DNA of 63,954 nucleotides, counting the filler, from Basidiobolus ranarum (lineage: Eukaryota), in NCBI GenBank assembly GCA_040143965.1. It is 3 parts of 3 records of this genome, joined end to end, with 100 filler letters (N's around TTAATTAATTAA, not from the genome) between each part and the next. Parts side by side here need not be neighbours in the genome. Positions count along the whole stretch, not along the records: positions 43,564 to 63,954 come from JASJQH010007104.1; 2 more parts are not named here. One strand, written 5' to 3'. The translations under genes and the position numbers were made by a program. The notes below the pieces were generated by a model, which made no database searches, had not been told where the DNA came from, and worked only from the letters and a program-made list of their open reading frames with translations. This document shows, piece after piece, positions 60,401-63,954 of the stretch (position 1 is the stretch's first letter; each line of letters begins with the position of its first letter).

Positions 60401-63400
60401 TCTTAATACACTTGATCGTGATGATACGATCAAACGCCTTATCTTTGTCAATGCCAGGTAAATTATAAACCGATACATTACACACTTTTCCCCATCTCTT
60501 AACAGGTCTTCTTTAGAGTGGAGTTGGATGATCCGCCACAATTACTCCAAGCGGTTGCTGACTCAATTGGGCACGTCGCGTGCGTTGAAAGTGAAGATAC
60601 AAAAATGTCTGAGCTTTCGAATCGTAGAACTCGAAGGATACTTAAGAACATCGAAATTCAATGTCATAAATGTGACTCTAGCGACTCGAATAGTAGTATA
60701 CACGAGGAGTCCCCTAAAAATAAGTGCACCATCTCAGAAGAAGACTGGAGGCCGTATATATTCCTTTTATCGAACCGCCAAACTACAGAAACTCGGTTGG
60801 GTTTTATGAAATCAATTTATCGCATTTTGAATCATATACCCACCCATGAACTAAACCTCAATCAGTCTACAATCGGCAAAAGTTGCCTCAAATCCTTGAC
60901 GAGTTCGCAACATCGCTTGCGCTTGCTAGCTAGGTGAGTCAAGAGTACGCTCTTAAGGTCATTCTGCAATAATAACTAATCTTACTTTCGAAGTCGTTCC
61001 TTAATGAAGTTTTTCCCGGACGCTCGATGTGAACAGAAAACAATCCTTCGAGAGAATAGTCAGATATTGAAAGAACATTTCAGCCAACTAATCAATAGTG
61101 ATCACTCTGAATATCAAGAAATATATATTGCGACGTTGAGAAATCTTTCGAAGTTTGTATACAATTACCAAAGTTTAAAACAACACAGCATTACTGACTA
61201 ATCTTAATTTTAGAGTTGCTGACAAAACTTTACTCTCTTACATTCTTCAAGTCCTATTAGAGAGTTTAGGTCATAAAAATTTATTTGTTAGGACTCTGGC
61301 CTACCAAGCGGTACGACAACTATCAACACTATCTAATACGCGAGAGTCACTATTAATCATGTTATATTTCCAGATAAAAACCATTGCGAAGTTTCGAGAT
61401 GTAACGGAGCTGGAGTTATTCAAGCCATTTTGGAGTGATCTTTCAATATTTATCATTGAGAAATTGGAATCCAAAGTTGATTTGGTTAAGCAGGTGGTAA
61501 CAATGTTTCGAATGAGTATCAAGGATTTCCTAGATCAGACGCTTGAGCACACATTACCATACCTTGTCTTCAAGAAAAAGGTTGAGACTTTAGAGGCCCT
61601 AGCTAAAATTCTCGATAGAGATGTCCCTGTAATGTGTATCAACGAAATACACCATATTTTAGGCTTCTTATTTATGCAGGAAGAGTCTGACATTCATGAG
61701 GCAATCATGTTCTTTCTCTCGATAGCTTCTTCTGATTTCAATAACATCACTATGACTAGTTTATTGAAATCGTGTTCATTACTTCTAGTTGTTAAACTTG
61801 CAATTGAACTAGGCGATGAGGAAGAAGGCCGAAGATTAAAGGTAATCATGATTTCATACTCTAGTCACCTTCTTGCTTTAATCTAATGTGGCAATATAGG
61901 CTTTAGCAGCACTTCGTTTGGTTGAATCAAAGCTGCGCAATGAGATTCCACAAGATTCAAATATTTCTGAAGATTCTCTTTCCACATTTCTTCGCCATTA
62001 TTTTCTTGGTGTTTTATCCCATATCAATGAAAGCATAAATGACTTGCATGGAAATCAAAGTTCGGAAAACAAATTGAAGACAGTTCGAAGCCTTGGTTCT
62101 CTTATAAACTTGATAGGCCATAGTGTCTATCCGATGACACCTCAAATTATGGCCACTCTTCAAACGATTCTAGATCATCCTTCATTGCGCACTGAAGCGT
62201 TGAAAGTGTGGAAGATTTTCATTCATATTTTAGATTTGGAGCATTTGGGACCACTTTTAAACCAGATTATAGTTATTCTTATCAACGCCTACACAGACTC
62301 CTCTGGAGTTGAGAGAAATGAAATTGTGATTATTTTGAATTACCTTTTCGTGGAAAAGCGAGAACAACTGCAGCAACACTTTCACACAGTTCGACAACTT
62401 CCTGATATTCCTGAATTCGGACACATAAATAGTATCTTGGGCGAATTGAAGGGAAACGTTACGATTAGGGAGCAACTTGAAGGTGTACTCGAACTTATCG
62501 TACATGAAAATCCGATTGTGGTACATCAGGCTTTAGCAGAGCTCAAAAGACTTCTTGATGAAAACCAGAATCAAGTATACTCATTGATTCTAGCTGAAAC
62601 GGTCGACCCTCTCGTCAACGATATTATTAGAACTTTACTCGAAACATGCACTCGATTCAATGGCTCCAACTTTGATATACAACTCATTTCTGCTGAATGT
62701 TTGGGAATTGTTGGCGCAGTGGACCCTGGTCGTCTTGACATTTCTTTGACTGAAGAAAGTATGATTGTGGTCAACAATTTTGAAGATGCAGACGAGAGTA
62801 TTGACTTTGTCTGTAACTTTATTGAAAAGCAACTTGTTGGTGCCTTTCGCTCTGCTCGTGATACCAAATTACAGAGTCATCTTGCATTTACTATCCAAGA
62901 ATTATTGAAATTCTGCGGGTTTTCTTCCGAGCTTATATCTGAATCTCCCCGGGCTAAGATCAATGGGAGAGTTCGACGACGTTGGAATAGCTTTCCTAGG
63001 ACGGTTCATGAGACAATTACACCTTTGCTAGATGCAAAGTATTCTATCAACTATATCTCTAACAAAGTATATAACTATCCGATCTACCCGGTCAAACAGT
63101 ACTTCAAGGAGTGGCTTCAAAGCTGGACTATGAATTTAATTTCTAAGGTCAATGGAGAGAATGCGCGCAAAATATTCTCGGTATGTCGGAATATAGTGAA
63201 GACTGGAAATACAAATATAGCCTTGTATTTGCTACCACATCTAGTACTTAATGTTCTCATCTCCGGGAATGATATTCAACGTGATGAAATTCTTACCGAG
63301 GTTCTTTCCGTCTTGAAAGATAATTCAAATTGTAAGAATCAGCAACCTTCTGAGAAGCAACAACTTGGCGCACAGGTATGGTCCAAAAAATCATATGAAC

Positions 63401-63954
63401 CATTCATCTTGACTTATATTATTTGATAGACTATTTTTTCGTTGGTAGATCATCTCACGAAGTGGATTCGTTTAAAACGTCAACGAGCTTACATGCAAAA
63501 AGCAGCAGTTGCGAAAAGGGCTGGAAGATTCATGATGGCTGATGATATTATTGAAACCGACTCGGCGCTTGCTTGTGTAGAGCCGTTACTCTCTAAGATC
63601 CCTCAAGATACCATGTCAGAAGCCTCATATCATTGCAATGCCAATGCTCGCGCTTTAATGCATTTTGAGTTGCACATAAGGAATGAGCGTAAAGCAAAAT
63701 CTGAAACTGAGCTTCAGCCATTATATGAACAACTTCAGAAGATTTATGCTCGAATTGATGAACCAGACGGCATGGATGGGATTAGTACTAAATTCCACTC
63801 ATATTCTATTGACCAGCAAATTTTAGAGCACGAGCAGGCCGGCAAATGGTCCGCCGCACAGATTTGCTACGAGCTCTCTTTACAGAAAGATTCCAGTAGG
63901 CTAGATCATCAGATCGGTCTTCTCAACTGCTTAAAAAATATAGGACTTTTAGAG
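57447..63954 (+). CDS. ATR: ATR/Mec1/Rad3 PIKK kinase, 3'-truncated by the window end
   Basis: HEAT region, UME-like segment (PQIMATLQ), CLGIVGAVDPGRL, AFTIQELLKFCG, ARALMHFE, LQKIYARIDEPDGMDGI, and the start of the FAT domain (ILEHEQAGKWSAAQICYE). Confidence 0.93.

Overview
Eukaryotic, intron-rich, AT-rich genomic DNA from an early-diverging fungus. This is inferred from short (about 50-80 nt) GT-AG introns with CTAAC branch points, a TOK-type K+ channel, a fungal tropomyosin, and retained animal-like genes (RalGAP-alpha, HMMR, BRD8, CTNNBL1); a Zoopagomycota/Mucoromycota source such as Basidiobolus is only a guess. The window is three contigs joined by artificial 100-nt N-TTAATTAATTAA-N spacers (21702-21801, 43464-43563), so adjacency across them is unsupported. 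I can support about 20 protein genes: DUF1647-like, tropomyosin, INSIG, PDA1, TOK channel, HNT1, rhodanese, RalGAP-alpha, THOC3, ERB1, RPB7, RRP6, BRD8-like, atypical importin-alpha, ubiquitin-S27a, CENP-I, Wee1-like kinase, HMMR-like, CTNNBL1 and ATR. CpG-free Ty1/copia and Ty3/gypsy relics lie at the contig ends. Most notable items not explained by the ORF track: (1) an unannotated, multi-hairpin, Sm-site-containing candidate ncRNA gene between RPB7 and RRP6; (2) a textbook U12-type minor intron in RalGAP-alpha; (3) a hidden five-exon 111-aa gene between CTNNBL1 and ATR; (4) a gypsy gag fused directly to the 5' end of the Wee1-like gene. Gene models were spliced by eye and no database search was run.
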